Below, piece by piece: positions 45,855 through 56,686 of a DNA stretch of 63,019 bases (positions are counted from its first letter, which is position 1; every line of letters begins with the position of its first letter). The DNA comes from Bacteroidales bacterium UBA5235. Its GTDB lineage: Bacteria > Bacteroidota > Bacteroidia > Bacteroidales > VadinHA17. The notes beneath the pieces are model-generated. The model made no database searches and was not told where the DNA came from. It saw nothing but the letters and a program-made list of their open reading frames with translations. The position numbers and the translations under genes were made by a program. Where the stretch lies: the NCBI GenBank assembly GCA_002409145.1, contig DHUL01000036.1, positions 14,671 to 77,689 on the forward strand. The letters run 5' to 3'.

Positions 45855-47576
45855 ATGGTACTGAACAACGAGATGACGAAGAAGATGAAAGGAAAATACT
45901 ATATCATGACAGCTGCCCTGCTGATCTCGGTGACAGCCACCGCGCAGACAGAGGATGAGTCAATAAAGAGAACGGTCACTCTTTACAATCCGTATAAGCC
46001 CACACTTCACGAGGCTGCCAAGAGAGCCCTTCTCCCTTCAGATGACGATACTACCACGGTAAACATCCGGTTTAACTACGACTTTACTCCCGGTTCATTC
46101 GTTCCGGAATACGAAATCAGCCCTATAAAGTCGGCAGTTCTCTCACCCGAACCTCTTCCTGAGCTTAAAAAGGGTTACGTGAGCCTCGGGCTTGGTACTT
46201 ATCTGTCACCTTTTCTTGAGGTGAGTGTCTCTAATGGCAGGTCAAACAAGGGCACAATAGGACTCTTCACCCGGACCTATGGATCGGCAGGGAAGATAGA
46301 GCTTGCGAATGACAGGAAAGTCTATGCCGGTTTCCTTGATAACCAGGCTTTACTGTACGGTAAGAAGTATTTCAGGAGAAGCAGGCTGGACACTGATATT
46401 GACTTCAGGCAGATGACACGACATGCCTACGGGTACAATCCGGATGTTACAGGTTACGATCCTGACAGGAAGGATATCAGGTCACTTTACTACGATGTTA
46501 CCGGCAAAATCAGGTATTTTACCATGGAGCCTGACTCAAGTGATCTGAACTGGGACGCTGCCCTGAAGTACAACCTTTTTACCAGGCAGGGTGACGGTTT
46601 ACAGCATAACCCGGGACTTTCGGTCAGTGCAGGAACAACAATGGCCGGGTTTTATGCCGGAGTTGACGCGGGTTATGATATGTATCTCTTTTCAAGAGCC
46701 CTGGACACCAGGTCAAGGAGCCTCATTACTCTTGCCCCTTACATCACCAAAGGCAATGATGACTGGAGGTTCCGTTTCGGCCTGAAGATGGCTGCCGATG
46801 TGAAGGAGAATCATGATCCTCTGGTTGGAGGAGCGCGCAAGCTTTACATGTTTGTCTATCCTGATGCCATGTTCACATTCAGGATCATTCCCAAATTCCT
46901 CAGATTCACGGCAGCCATAGACGGTTTCATGGAAAACAACCAGGCCCGGAACACTGCTTATATCAACCCATGGTTGCTTCCGGGTGACACCCTGTACAAC
47001 CTGCGCAGCACAGACAATGAACTGAGGATCTCTGCAGGTCTTTCAGGCACAATGAACGTCAATGCATCATTTGCTCTTGGTGCAGGTTATACCCTCTTTA
47101 AGGATATGCTTCTGTTCATGAATGACACCCTTGGATATGGCAACTATTTTGTGCCTGTATATTCAGACGGCAGCCTGTTTAAAGTACACGGTGAGGTGTC
47201 AGTACCCATTGACCGCCAGCTGACCCTTTCACTTCTTGGAAACTACTACCGGTACAATCTGTCGGGACAGGATTATGCATGGCACAAGCCTGTGTGGGAC
47301 GGATCATTAAAGGCGGCCTATAATCTCAGGAACAAGATCGTCGCTTCAGCTGACTTTACCCTCACCGGTGTCCGGTATGCGAGGGTAATGGCACCTCAGG
47401 AGACGGTAAAGCTGCCTTTCCATCCGAACCTGAATATGGGCATAGAATACAGGTACACACCTGAAATCTCATTCTGGGTCAAATGCAATAATATCTCCTA
47501 CAACCGATATTTTGAATGGAACTATTACCCGTCAAGGAACATGATGCTTATTGGTGGAATTTCATACAGCCTGTAA
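45855..47576 (+). CDS. Predicted outer-membrane beta-barrel (putative porin-like) protein
   Basis: Signal peptide ...IMTAALLISVTATAQTE, alternating hydrophobic/Gly/Tyr-rich strands, and C-terminal GGISYSL. It starts 5 nt after the TPR gene, and the start could instead be the ATG at 45873 or 45885. Confidence 0.5.
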   Translation: MVLNNEMTKKMKGKYYIMTAALLISVTATAQTEDESIKRTVTLYNPYKPTLHEAAKRALLPSDDDTTTVNIRFNYDFTPGSFVPEYEISPIKSAVLSPEPLPELKKGYVSLGLGTYLSPFLEVSVSNGRSNKGTIGLFTRTYGSAGKIELANDRKVYAGFLDNQALLYGKKYFRRSRLDTDIDFRQMTRHAYGYNPDVTGYDPDRKDIRSLYYDVTGKIRYFTMEPDSSDLNWDAALKYNLFTRQGDGLQHNPGLSVSAGTTMAGFYAGVDAGYDMYLFSRALDTRSRSLITLAPYITKGNDDWRFRFGLKMAADVKENHDPLVGGARKLYMFVYPDAMFTFRIIPKFLRFTAAIDGFMENNQARNTAYINPWLLPGDTLYNLRSTDNELRISAGLSGTMNVNASFALGAGYTLFKDMLLFMNDTLGYGNYFVPVYSDGSLFKVHGEVSVPIDRQLTLSLLGNYYRYNLSGQDYAWHKPVWDGSLKAAYNLRNKIVASADFTLTGVRYARVMAPQETVKLPFHPNLNMGIEYRYTPEISFWVKCNNISYNRYFEWNYYPSRNMMLIGGISYSL

Positions 47577-47655
47577 AGTGCCTGAAGCCGGAATTTTTGT
47601 TCATATTATTTCATGAATTATTGCCTTTTTTCGAAGGATAACCGGCATATTTTGC

Positions 47656-47663
47656 TAACTTTG
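47656..47663 (+). promoter_or_regulatory. Candidate -7 box (TAACTTTG) for gyrB
   Basis: Matches TAnnTTTG, 68 nt upstream of the gyrB ATG. Confidence 0.3.
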
Positions 47664-47676
47664 TGTGATTTTATAA

Positions 47677-49711
<2,035 letters not shown>

Positions 49712-49713
<2 letters not shown>

Positions 49714-49746
49714 GCAGGCAATAGGCAGCAGGCAGTAGGCAGTAGT
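49712..49746. repeat. Tandem heptamer array of GGCAGTA-type units (x5, degenerate)
   Basis: Direct reading: aggcagg caatagg cagcagg cagtagg cagtagt. It starts inside the gyrB TAG stop codon. Confidence 0.85.
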
Positions 49747-49760
49747 GTGGAGGGTTAGCC

Positions 49761-49832
49761 CGTAGGGCTTAAAGAATTGTAGACCATAGACGTGATTATT
49801 AATGTTCCTCGTAGGGGATAAAGCATTGTAAG
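49761..49832 (+). repeat. Imperfect 22-nt direct repeat (two copies, 49-nt period) upstream of the amino-acid permease
   Basis: CGTAGGGCTTAAAGAATTGTAG (49761-49782) against CGTAGGGGATAAAGCATTGTAAG (49810-49832). Each copy starts within a small hairpin (AGCCC-GTA-GGGCT and CCTC-GTA-GGGG). Confidence 0.6.
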
Positions 49833-49881
49833 TCAATAATATGACAATTGCATTGTCCCCTGAGGTATTACATAATTGCAT

Positions 49882-51324
49882 ATGTCACAGAAAGGCCAGC
49901 CATCCTTCAGGAAGAGTCTGAACCTGGTAGACTCATCAGCATTGATCATCGGCTCGATGATAGGTTCCGGTATCTTTATTGTCAGCGCAGACATGTCACG
50001 CACCCTCGGTTCGCCGGGATGGCTGCTGGTAGCCTGGCTGATAACAGGTTTCATGACAATTATGGGAGCACTGAACTTTGGTGAGCTTGCTGCCATGATG
50101 CCAAAAGCGGGGGGAACATACATCTACCTGCGTGAGGCTTATAATCCGCTTACCGGATTTCTCTACGGATGGACTCTCTTCATGGTCATCCAGACAGGGA
50201 CAATAGCTGCAGTGGCGATGGCCTTCGGCAAGTTTTTCGGGGTGATAGTTCCATGGATAAATGAAGGCAATATCCTTCTGAACCTCGGTCCTGTGAAGTT
50301 TTCCTCGGTACATGTTGTGGCCATTGGGTCACTGGCGTTGCTGACCTGGATCAACTCGAGGGGTATCAGGACTGGAAAGACCGTACAGAATACCTTCACC
50401 TTCAGCAAGGTGATCATCCTGATACTTCTGCTGCTGGCCGGTTTTATCTTTGCCGGCTCTGATGGTTTCAGAGCCAACTCGGAATACTTCTGGGAGGCTG
50501 CAACACTTGACAGGGCTACAGGCATTGTCACACCCGTCACCGGAGGTATGATAGTGGTTGCAATTGCCATGGCGATGGTAGGCTCACTTTTCACCTGTGA
50601 TGCATGGACCAATGTTACATTCGCATCGGCAGAGGTGGTCGATCCCAGTCGTACGCTTCCCCGAAGCCTCTTCCTGGGCACCCTGATTGCCTTTACTCTC
50701 TTCTTCCTGTCGAACATTGTTTACATCAAGGTACTTCCCCTGCGAGGCATGCCTGACGGTACGGGAGTACTTGAACGTGGAATGGCATTCGCTACTAATG
50801 ACAGGCTGGGAACAGCAGCAATTTCTTCAATATTTGGTGATTATGCAGCCATTATAATGGCTGTGCTCATCGTCATCTCGACTTTCGGATGCAATAACGG
50901 ACTGATACTGTCAGGGGCCAGGGTATACTACGCCATGGCCGGAGACGGCCTCTTCTTTCACAATGCCGGAAAGCTCAACGTCAGGGCCGTACCCGGAAAC
51001 GGACTGTGGATTCAGTTTGCCTGGGCATCACTGTTATGCCTCTCCGGCTCATACTCACAGCTCCTTGATTATGTTGTATTTGCCGTTTTGTTATTTTATG
51101 TGCTTACTATCCTTGCGATTTTTGTATTGCGCTTCAGGAAGCCGGATGCTGAAAGGCCGTACAGGGCCTTCGGCTATCCCTTCATACCGGCACTATATAT
51201 CCTGATGGCTGTAACAATTATGATAATCCTTCTTATATACAAACCAGCTTTTACCTGGCCCGGTCTGATCATAGTCATTGTGGGCATACCGGTATACTAT
51301 ATCTGGCGACGGCTTAACAAATAA
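49882..51324 (+). CDS. APC-superfamily amino-acid permease
   Basis: About 12 TM segments. N-terminal GSMIGSGIF motif. The ATG at 49882 is preferred over the TTG at 49876. Confidence 0.85.
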   Translation: MSQKGQPSFRKSLNLVDSSALIIGSMIGSGIFIVSADMSRTLGSPGWLLVAWLITGFMTIMGALNFGELAAMMPKAGGTYIYLREAYNPLTGFLYGWTLFMVIQTGTIAAVAMAFGKFFGVIVPWINEGNILLNLGPVKFSSVHVVAIGSLALLTWINSRGIRTGKTVQNTFTFSKVIILILLLLAGFIFAGSDGFRANSEYFWEAATLDRATGIVTPVTGGMIVVAIAMAMVGSLFTCDAWTNVTFASAEVVDPSRTLPRSLFLGTLIAFTLFFLSNIVYIKVLPLRGMPDGTGVLERGMAFATNDRLGTAAISSIFGDYAAIIMAVLIVISTFGCNNGLILSGARVYYAMAGDGLFFHNAGKLNVRAVPGNGLWIQFAWASLLCLSGSYSQLLDYVVFAVLLFYVLTILAIFVLRFRKPDAERPYRAFGYPFIPALYILMAVTIMIILLIYKPAFTWPGLIIVIVGIPVYYIWRRLNK

Positions 51325-51341
51325 ACCATAATAAGACAGAA

Positions 51342-52262
51342 ATGCTAAACACGAATAAAACGGGAGGAGAATCCCATAATCAGAAAACAATAAACCCGGT
51401 GACAGACTGGATCATCCGTCTGCTTAAAGGAACGCTTGTAGGTATAGGTGCGATCCTGCCCGGATTGTCAGGAGGAGTGCTTGCGGTAATTTTCGGCATT
51501 TATCAGCCGCTGCTGAAATTCCTTGCGGATATAAGAAAGGGCTTTGTTAAAAACATGTTGTTTTTCCTTCCAGTCCTGATAGGTGTGGCTATCGGAATAT
51601 TCCTTTTTGCCGTGGTGGTTGAGAAGGCATTTGGAAAGTATGCTGCCATTTTTGTCTGCCTCTTCATCGGTTTCGTTATCGGAACATTTCCGTCTCTTTA
51701 TAAAACGGCCGGCAAGCAGGGGAGGAGCACGGGAGATATGGTAATTCTGATCATTTCCACTCTGGCTATTTTCACCCTGATGATAGTCGGTGAAAGGCAA
51801 CTGGTTAATGTTACTCCGACCATACCTGCCTGGTTTGGGTCAGGAGCGCTGATCGGCCTGGGATTGATTGTCCCCGGAATGAGCCCCTCAAATTTCCTGA
51901 TCTATTTCGGCCTGTATGATAAAATGGCTGCAGGAATAAACAACCTCGACATGACTGTTGTCATCCCTCTCACTGCAGGGGTGATTGTCTGTATTCTTCT
52001 TTTTGCAAGGCTGGCGGCTTTCCTTTTCAGAAAGTATTATTCAGGAATGTATCATTTTATCCTCGGGATGGTCCTTGGATCTTCACTTGCCATTTTCCCT
52101 GTTATAGTCTTTCCGGCTTTCAAGGCTGAGGAACTGTCTGCTTCAGGACTAAGCTTCGGTGGTGCTGTTGTTTTTTGCCTTGTGATGCTGGCGGCCGGCT
52201 CACTGGCCTCATGGCTGTTCAGCAAGGTGGAAGAAAAATATCCCAGGGAGGATCTTTTTTAG
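51342..52262 (+). CDS. DUF368-family membrane protein (PopT-like candidate polyprenyl-phosphate transporter)
   Basis: 306 aa. GILPGLSGGVLAVIFGIY near the N-terminus and a second VPGMSPSNFL half-repeat, characteristic of DUF368. Confidence 0.75.
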   Translation: MLNTNKTGGESHNQKTINPVTDWIIRLLKGTLVGIGAILPGLSGGVLAVIFGIYQPLLKFLADIRKGFVKNMLFFLPVLIGVAIGIFLFAVVVEKAFGKYAAIFVCLFIGFVIGTFPSLYKTAGKQGRSTGDMVILIISTLAIFTLMIVGERQLVNVTPTIPAWFGSGALIGLGLIVPGMSPSNFLIYFGLYDKMAAGINNLDMTVVIPLTAGVIVCILLFARLAAFLFRKYYSGMYHFILGMVLGSSLAIFPVIVFPAFKAEELSASGLSFGGAVVFCLVMLAAGSLASWLFSKVEEKYPREDLF

Positions 52263-52320
52263 ATCCGGGAGGTTACCCGCATTGCCAAAGGCTTCCACCT
52301 AAAGGAGAGATAACTTAGAC

Positions 52321-53607
52321 CTACTCTGTCAGTTCTCCTGCCAGAAGACGCAATCCTATCTCGGAAATCTTCGCCTGGTAAAGTGCTGTCAGTCTCCTGT
52401 TTATTGCATTCAGATAGTTCCTTTGGTATTCCCTGAATTCCAGTCCTGACAGCGATCCGAGACGGTACCGCTCCATGGCAATCTCAAGTGAGGCACGCGC
52501 CACTTCGGCGCTCTGGGTCTCAAAGTTGGTGACAATGATATTGTTACGATAGGTATTAAAGAGCAGGTCAAGTTCTCCCAGTATCTCGTTCTCAATATCA
52601 AGATATGCCAGTCTGCTGCTTTCGGCTTCAATTTTCGCATTGGCCATCCGCCGGTTGGTTTCAAAGCCTGAAAATATGTTCCAGGAGAGGTTGAATCCCC
52701 AGTTGAGCCCGTTGGTCTGGTTATATGAAGAAGCCTGCCATGGGTATTGGTTACGGGTGAAGTTATATCCCGTGCTGAAATTGATTGCAGGATAGCGGTC
52801 AGCCCTTACTGATTCAATATCGTACTGTGACAGTCGCTCGCCCTGGCGTGCAAGAATCAGCTGGTTGTTGAACTGCAGGGTTCTTTCGCGGAGCGAATCC
52901 ACATCAAGTTCAGGGGCCATGACAATGGTGTCATTCACGTTGAAGTTGATCTCATGGCCGGCATTGAGAAGGTTGGTCATGCGGATGTAAGCGCTTATGA
53001 CCGTCTCCTGCTGCGAGAGAACAGCTGAGCTGTCAGCGTTCAGGTCAATCCTTGCCTGCTGCAGGTCGAGCCCTGAAATAACCCCCAGGAGATATTTCTC
53101 CTCGGCGTTCTCGTATCTTGCCCTGGAGAGGGCGAGTGAAGTGAGCGCCGACTCCATCCTTTTCTGCTGAACTATAATATTGTAGTATTCAGAGCAAACC
53201 CTCATGATGAGATTCTCTACGCTGACCTTCACCCTCTGACTACTCATGGCCAGCAGTTCCTTCTGCCTGCTGTAATCAGTGAACATCCCGAATCCGTCAA
53301 AAAGCTTCCAGTTCAGAGACAGACCTGCGGTGTACAGGTTGGTTCTCCCTTTTTCTGCACCGGTTGATGACGACTCTGAATTGTTTGTGGTCTGTGACTG
53401 CCTGCCTGTGCCTGTCACGGTTGGAAGGAACGGGCTGAGAGACACGTTGTTGCCCGCAACTGTCTCGTCATTCCTGCTGATCTTGAGGGAATAGTTGTTT
53501 TCAAGGGCCTGCCTGATAGCCTCATCGAGGCTCATCGTCTTCTGCGCCCCGGCTGCCAGGGGCAGAATAAACAGAAGTATTATTGTTTTAAGCCTGAGGT
53601 TGCTCAT
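52321..53607 (-). CDS. TolC-family outer-membrane efflux protein
   Basis: Start chosen at MSNLRLKTIILLFILPLAAGAQ. Two tandem OEP repeats. Overlaps the RND gene stop by 20 nt. Confidence 0.85.
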   Translation of the reverse strand: MSNLRLKTIILLFILPLAAGAQKTMSLDEAIRQALENNYSLKISRNDETVAGNNVSLSPFLPTVTGTGRQSQTTNNSESSSTGAEKGRTNLYTAGLSLNWKLFDGFGMFTDYSRQKELLAMSSQRVKVSVENLIMRVCSEYYNIIVQQKRMESALTSLALSRARYENAEEKYLLGVISGLDLQQARIDLNADSSAVLSQQETVISAYIRMTNLLNAGHEINFNVNDTIVMAPELDVDSLRERTLQFNNQLILARQGERLSQYDIESVRADRYPAINFSTGYNFTRNQYPWQASSYNQTNGLNWGFNLSWNIFSGFETNRRMANAKIEAESSRLAYLDIENEILGELDLLFNTYRNNIIVTNFETQSAEVARASLEIAMERYRLGSLSGLEFREYQRNYLNAINRRLTALYQAKISEIGLRLLAGELTE

Positions 53608-56600
53608 TGATGTTTTTTTCTGCTGTTTTCCTTTCTGCCAGGTAGCTGTAAACTGATGGCACGACGAAGAGAGTGAGGAATGTGGCGAAGAACAAGCCAC
53701 CGACGACTGCTACACCCATTGTGATCCGGCTTTCTGATCCTGCACCTGTTGCAAGTGCCAACGGAAGGATGCCGAGAATTGTGGTGAGACTGGTCATGAG
53801 AATAGGGCGGAAACGTGCCACTGCTGCCTCACGGACTGCATCCATTATGCTCAGCCCTGCCTGCTGCCTCTGGTTTGCGAATTCAACGATCAGGATGCCG
53901 TTCTTGGCTACCATGCCGATCAGCATGATAAGTCCGATCTCACTGAATATATTAAGTGTCTGGCTGGTGACTACCATTGTAAAGAGGGCACCGATCAGCG
54001 CAAGGGGCACAGTAACCAGGATTATTAACGGGTCACGGAAGCTCTCGAACTGGGCTGAAAGAACAAGGTAAATAAGCACAAGGGCCAGGACGAAAGCAAA
54101 AAGAAGGCTGGACGTGCTCTCAACAAAATCCTTCGAGTCACCTGAAAGGGTAGTGCTGAAGTTGTCATCCAGCACCTTATCGGCGATCCGGTCCATCTCC
54201 TCGATCCCTTCACCGAGGGTGTGCCTGCCCTCAAGGCCGGCTGACACCGTGGCAGACACGAACCTGTTGTATCTGTATAACTGAGGCGGGAGGCTGTTTT
54301 CCCTTGTCTCTACTATATTGTCAAGCTGTATCAGCTGTCCCTTGTCGTTTCTGACGTATGTGCTCGTAAGATCAAACGGGTCATTGCGTTTTGACTTGTC
54401 AAACTGGCTGAAGATCTGGTACTGTTTTCCGTCAAGGATGTAGTAGCCTATCCGTTGCTCGCTCATCGTAAGCTGGAGGGTCTGTGCAATGCTTTGTACA
54501 TTGACTCCCATCATTGATGCTTTTTCCCTGTTGATGCTGACGGTAAGCTCCGGTTTGGTGAACTTAAGATTCACGTCAGAGGCTGAGAAGTAAGGACTCT
54601 CTGAGGTCAGGGCAAGGAAATCGGGGATCACCCTTTTCAGGTCATTGAGGTTCTTGGCCTGGATGACATACTGTACCGGCAGCCCTCCGCGGCGTGCACC
54701 GAAGCTTTGTTGCTGCGAGACGATTGTCTGAGCACCCGTGTACTGTCTCAGGACCGGGGAGAGCGCTGCAGCTATCTCCTGCTGTGAGCGTTTCCGGTCT
54801 CTCTGGTCAACGAGCCTCACTCTCATGTTGGCGGAATTGACGCTTCCCATACCCACCATCATCATGATGTTGTCACATTCAGGCACCTGTTCCTTTACAA
54901 CGGGCGCAATCTGATCCATATAGGCAGTCATGTACTCGTAAGTGGCTCCTTCGGGAGCCCTGGCGTTGATGTTGATATAACCGCGATCCTCCAGCGGCGC
55001 CATCTCCGAAGGCAGGAGTGTCCACATCCATGCAATGAGTACCATGGATACCACAATGATAATCAATGCCCAGTATCTTTTCTTCAGGAAAGATGTGATT
55101 GCCTTCCTGTAAATGTTGATCATACCGGAGAAGAAGGGCTCGGTGACCAGGTAGAGACGGCCCTCCATGGCATTATGCTTCAACACCCTGGATGATATCA
55201 TCGGGGTCAGTGAAAGCGCCAGGAAGGCCGATATGACCACAGCGCCCACGATGACCAGGCTAAACTCCCTGAAAAGCCTGCCGGTGACCCCCTGGAGAAA
55301 GACAATGGGGAAAAAGACAGATACCAGGGCAATAGTTGTTGCAATTATTGCAAAGTAAATCTCCCTTGAACCTGTCAATGCCGCTTCCATTGGCGACATC
55401 CCGTGTTCAACCTTGGTATATATATTTTCCACAACCACAATGGCATCATCAACCACAAGACCAATGGAAAGCACTATGGCGAACAACGTGAGGATGTTTA
55501 TTGTAAACCCGGCAATATACATCACGAAGAAAGCCCCGATCAGTGCAACAGGAATTGCAATTACAGGTATAAGCGTGGTTCTCCAGTTGCGAAGGAACGC
55601 GAAGATGACAAGAACCACCAGCAAAAAGGCAATGAAGATTGTGTTTTTCACCTCCTTGATGGACTCCCTTATGTAAAGGGTATTGTCGAACAGCACCTCC
55701 ATGGTAATGTCTTCAGGAAGGTCCTTCTTGAGCTGCTTGAGGAGTATCTGCGCGTTGTCAACAATATCTATATAGTTGGCGCCGGGCTGAGGTACCAGTA
55801 CCACATTCACCGAGGGCTTGCCGTTGCTCAGAAGGTGTGAGCGGATGTTTTCAGCATCAATCTCAGCAACGCCTATATCACTGAATTTGACCACCCTGTC
55901 GCCGTTTTTGGTAATTATCAGGTCATTGAACTCGTCTACGGTGCGAAGCCTTCCCAGTGTTCTGATTGTAAGCTCTGTATTGTCACCCTCAATCCTTCCG
56001 GAAGGCAGTTCTACGTTCTCCCTTGAGACGGCATTCCGCACATCGAGCGGTGTGAGGCCGTAAGCTGCCAGTCTGGCGGGATCCATCTTCATCCTGATGG
56101 CCAGTTTTTTGGAGCCCCACACACTGACCGCACTTACGCCTGAAATGGTCTGCAGCCTCTCCTTGAAGTTAATCTCGGCAATCTGGCTGACGTCGATTAT
56201 TGACCTGGTGTCACTGCGGAGGGTAACGGCGAAGATAGGCTGTGCATCGGCGTCAGCCTTCTGAACCACCGGCGGGTCAACATCCTGTGGCAGTCGCCGC
56301 ATGGCACCGGAAACCTTGTCGCGGACATCATTTACCGCCGTTTCCATGTCTACCTCCAGTTTGAACTCAACGGTAATCCTTGATGAACCGTCGCTGCTGG
56401 AGCTGGATATGGAGCGAATTCCCTGGACACTGTTGATGGCTGATTCAAGCGGCTCGGTAATCTGGGTCTCCATGACGTCGGAGTTGGCTCCCGGAAAGGA
56501 GGTGGAGACAGTCACTATCGCCGGGTCAACACTGGGATAGTCCCTGACCCCAAGGAAGGTGTAACCGATTCCCCCCATGATCAGGATCACAAGTGACATC

Positions 56601-56647
56601 ACAGTGGCCAGTACCGGTCTTTTTATACTTAAGGATGACAGACTCAT
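53588..56647 (-). CDS. RND efflux transporter permease (AcrB/HAE1-like)
   Basis: 1019 aa starting MSLSSLSIKRPVLATVMSLVILIMGG, with 12 TM segments and two large periplasmic loops. Confidence 0.95.
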   Translation of the reverse strand: MSLSSLSIKRPVLATVMSLVILIMGGIGYTFLGVRDYPSVDPAIVTVSTSFPGANSDVMETQITEPLESAINSVQGIRSISSSSSDGSSRITVEFKLEVDMETAVNDVRDKVSGAMRRLPQDVDPPVVQKADADAQPIFAVTLRSDTRSIIDVSQIAEINFKERLQTISGVSAVSVWGSKKLAIRMKMDPARLAAYGLTPLDVRNAVSRENVELPSGRIEGDNTELTIRTLGRLRTVDEFNDLIITKNGDRVVKFSDIGVAEIDAENIRSHLLSNGKPSVNVVLVPQPGANYIDIVDNAQILLKQLKKDLPEDITMEVLFDNTLYIRESIKEVKNTIFIAFLLVVLVIFAFLRNWRTTLIPVIAIPVALIGAFFVMYIAGFTINILTLFAIVLSIGLVVDDAIVVVENIYTKVEHGMSPMEAALTGSREIYFAIIATTIALVSVFFPIVFLQGVTGRLFREFSLVIVGAVVISAFLALSLTPMISSRVLKHNAMEGRLYLVTEPFFSGMINIYRKAITSFLKKRYWALIIIVVSMVLIAWMWTLLPSEMAPLEDRGYININARAPEGATYEYMTAYMDQIAPVVKEQVPECDNIMMMVGMGSVNSANMRVRLVDQRDRKRSQQEIAAALSPVLRQYTGAQTIVSQQQSFGARRGGLPVQYVIQAKNLNDLKRVIPDFLALTSESPYFSASDVNLKFTKPELTVSINREKASMMGVNVQSIAQTLQLTMSEQRIGYYILDGKQYQIFSQFDKSKRNDPFDLTSTYVRNDKGQLIQLDNIVETRENSLPPQLYRYNRFVSATVSAGLEGRHTLGEGIEEMDRIADKVLDDNFSTTLSGDSKDFVESTSSLLFAFVLALVLIYLVLSAQFESFRDPLIILVTVPLALIGALFTMVVTSQTLNIFSEIGLIMLIGMVAKNGILIVEFANQRQQAGLSIMDAVREAAVARFRPILMTSLTTILGILPLALATGAGSESRITMGVAVVGGLFFATFLTLFVVPSVYSYLAERKTAEKNINEQPQA

Positions 56648-56686
56648 TCGGGTCAGATGTTTTTAAAATGGTACATTGTCGCCGGC

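Noticed and set aside
49714-49761. Stop-codon read-through extension of gyrB (frame stays open 16 codons after TAG)
   Set aside because: The open frame is short and is explained by the repetitive GGCAG-type sequence. The GyrB C-terminus (…HAKYANIDT) is already complete.
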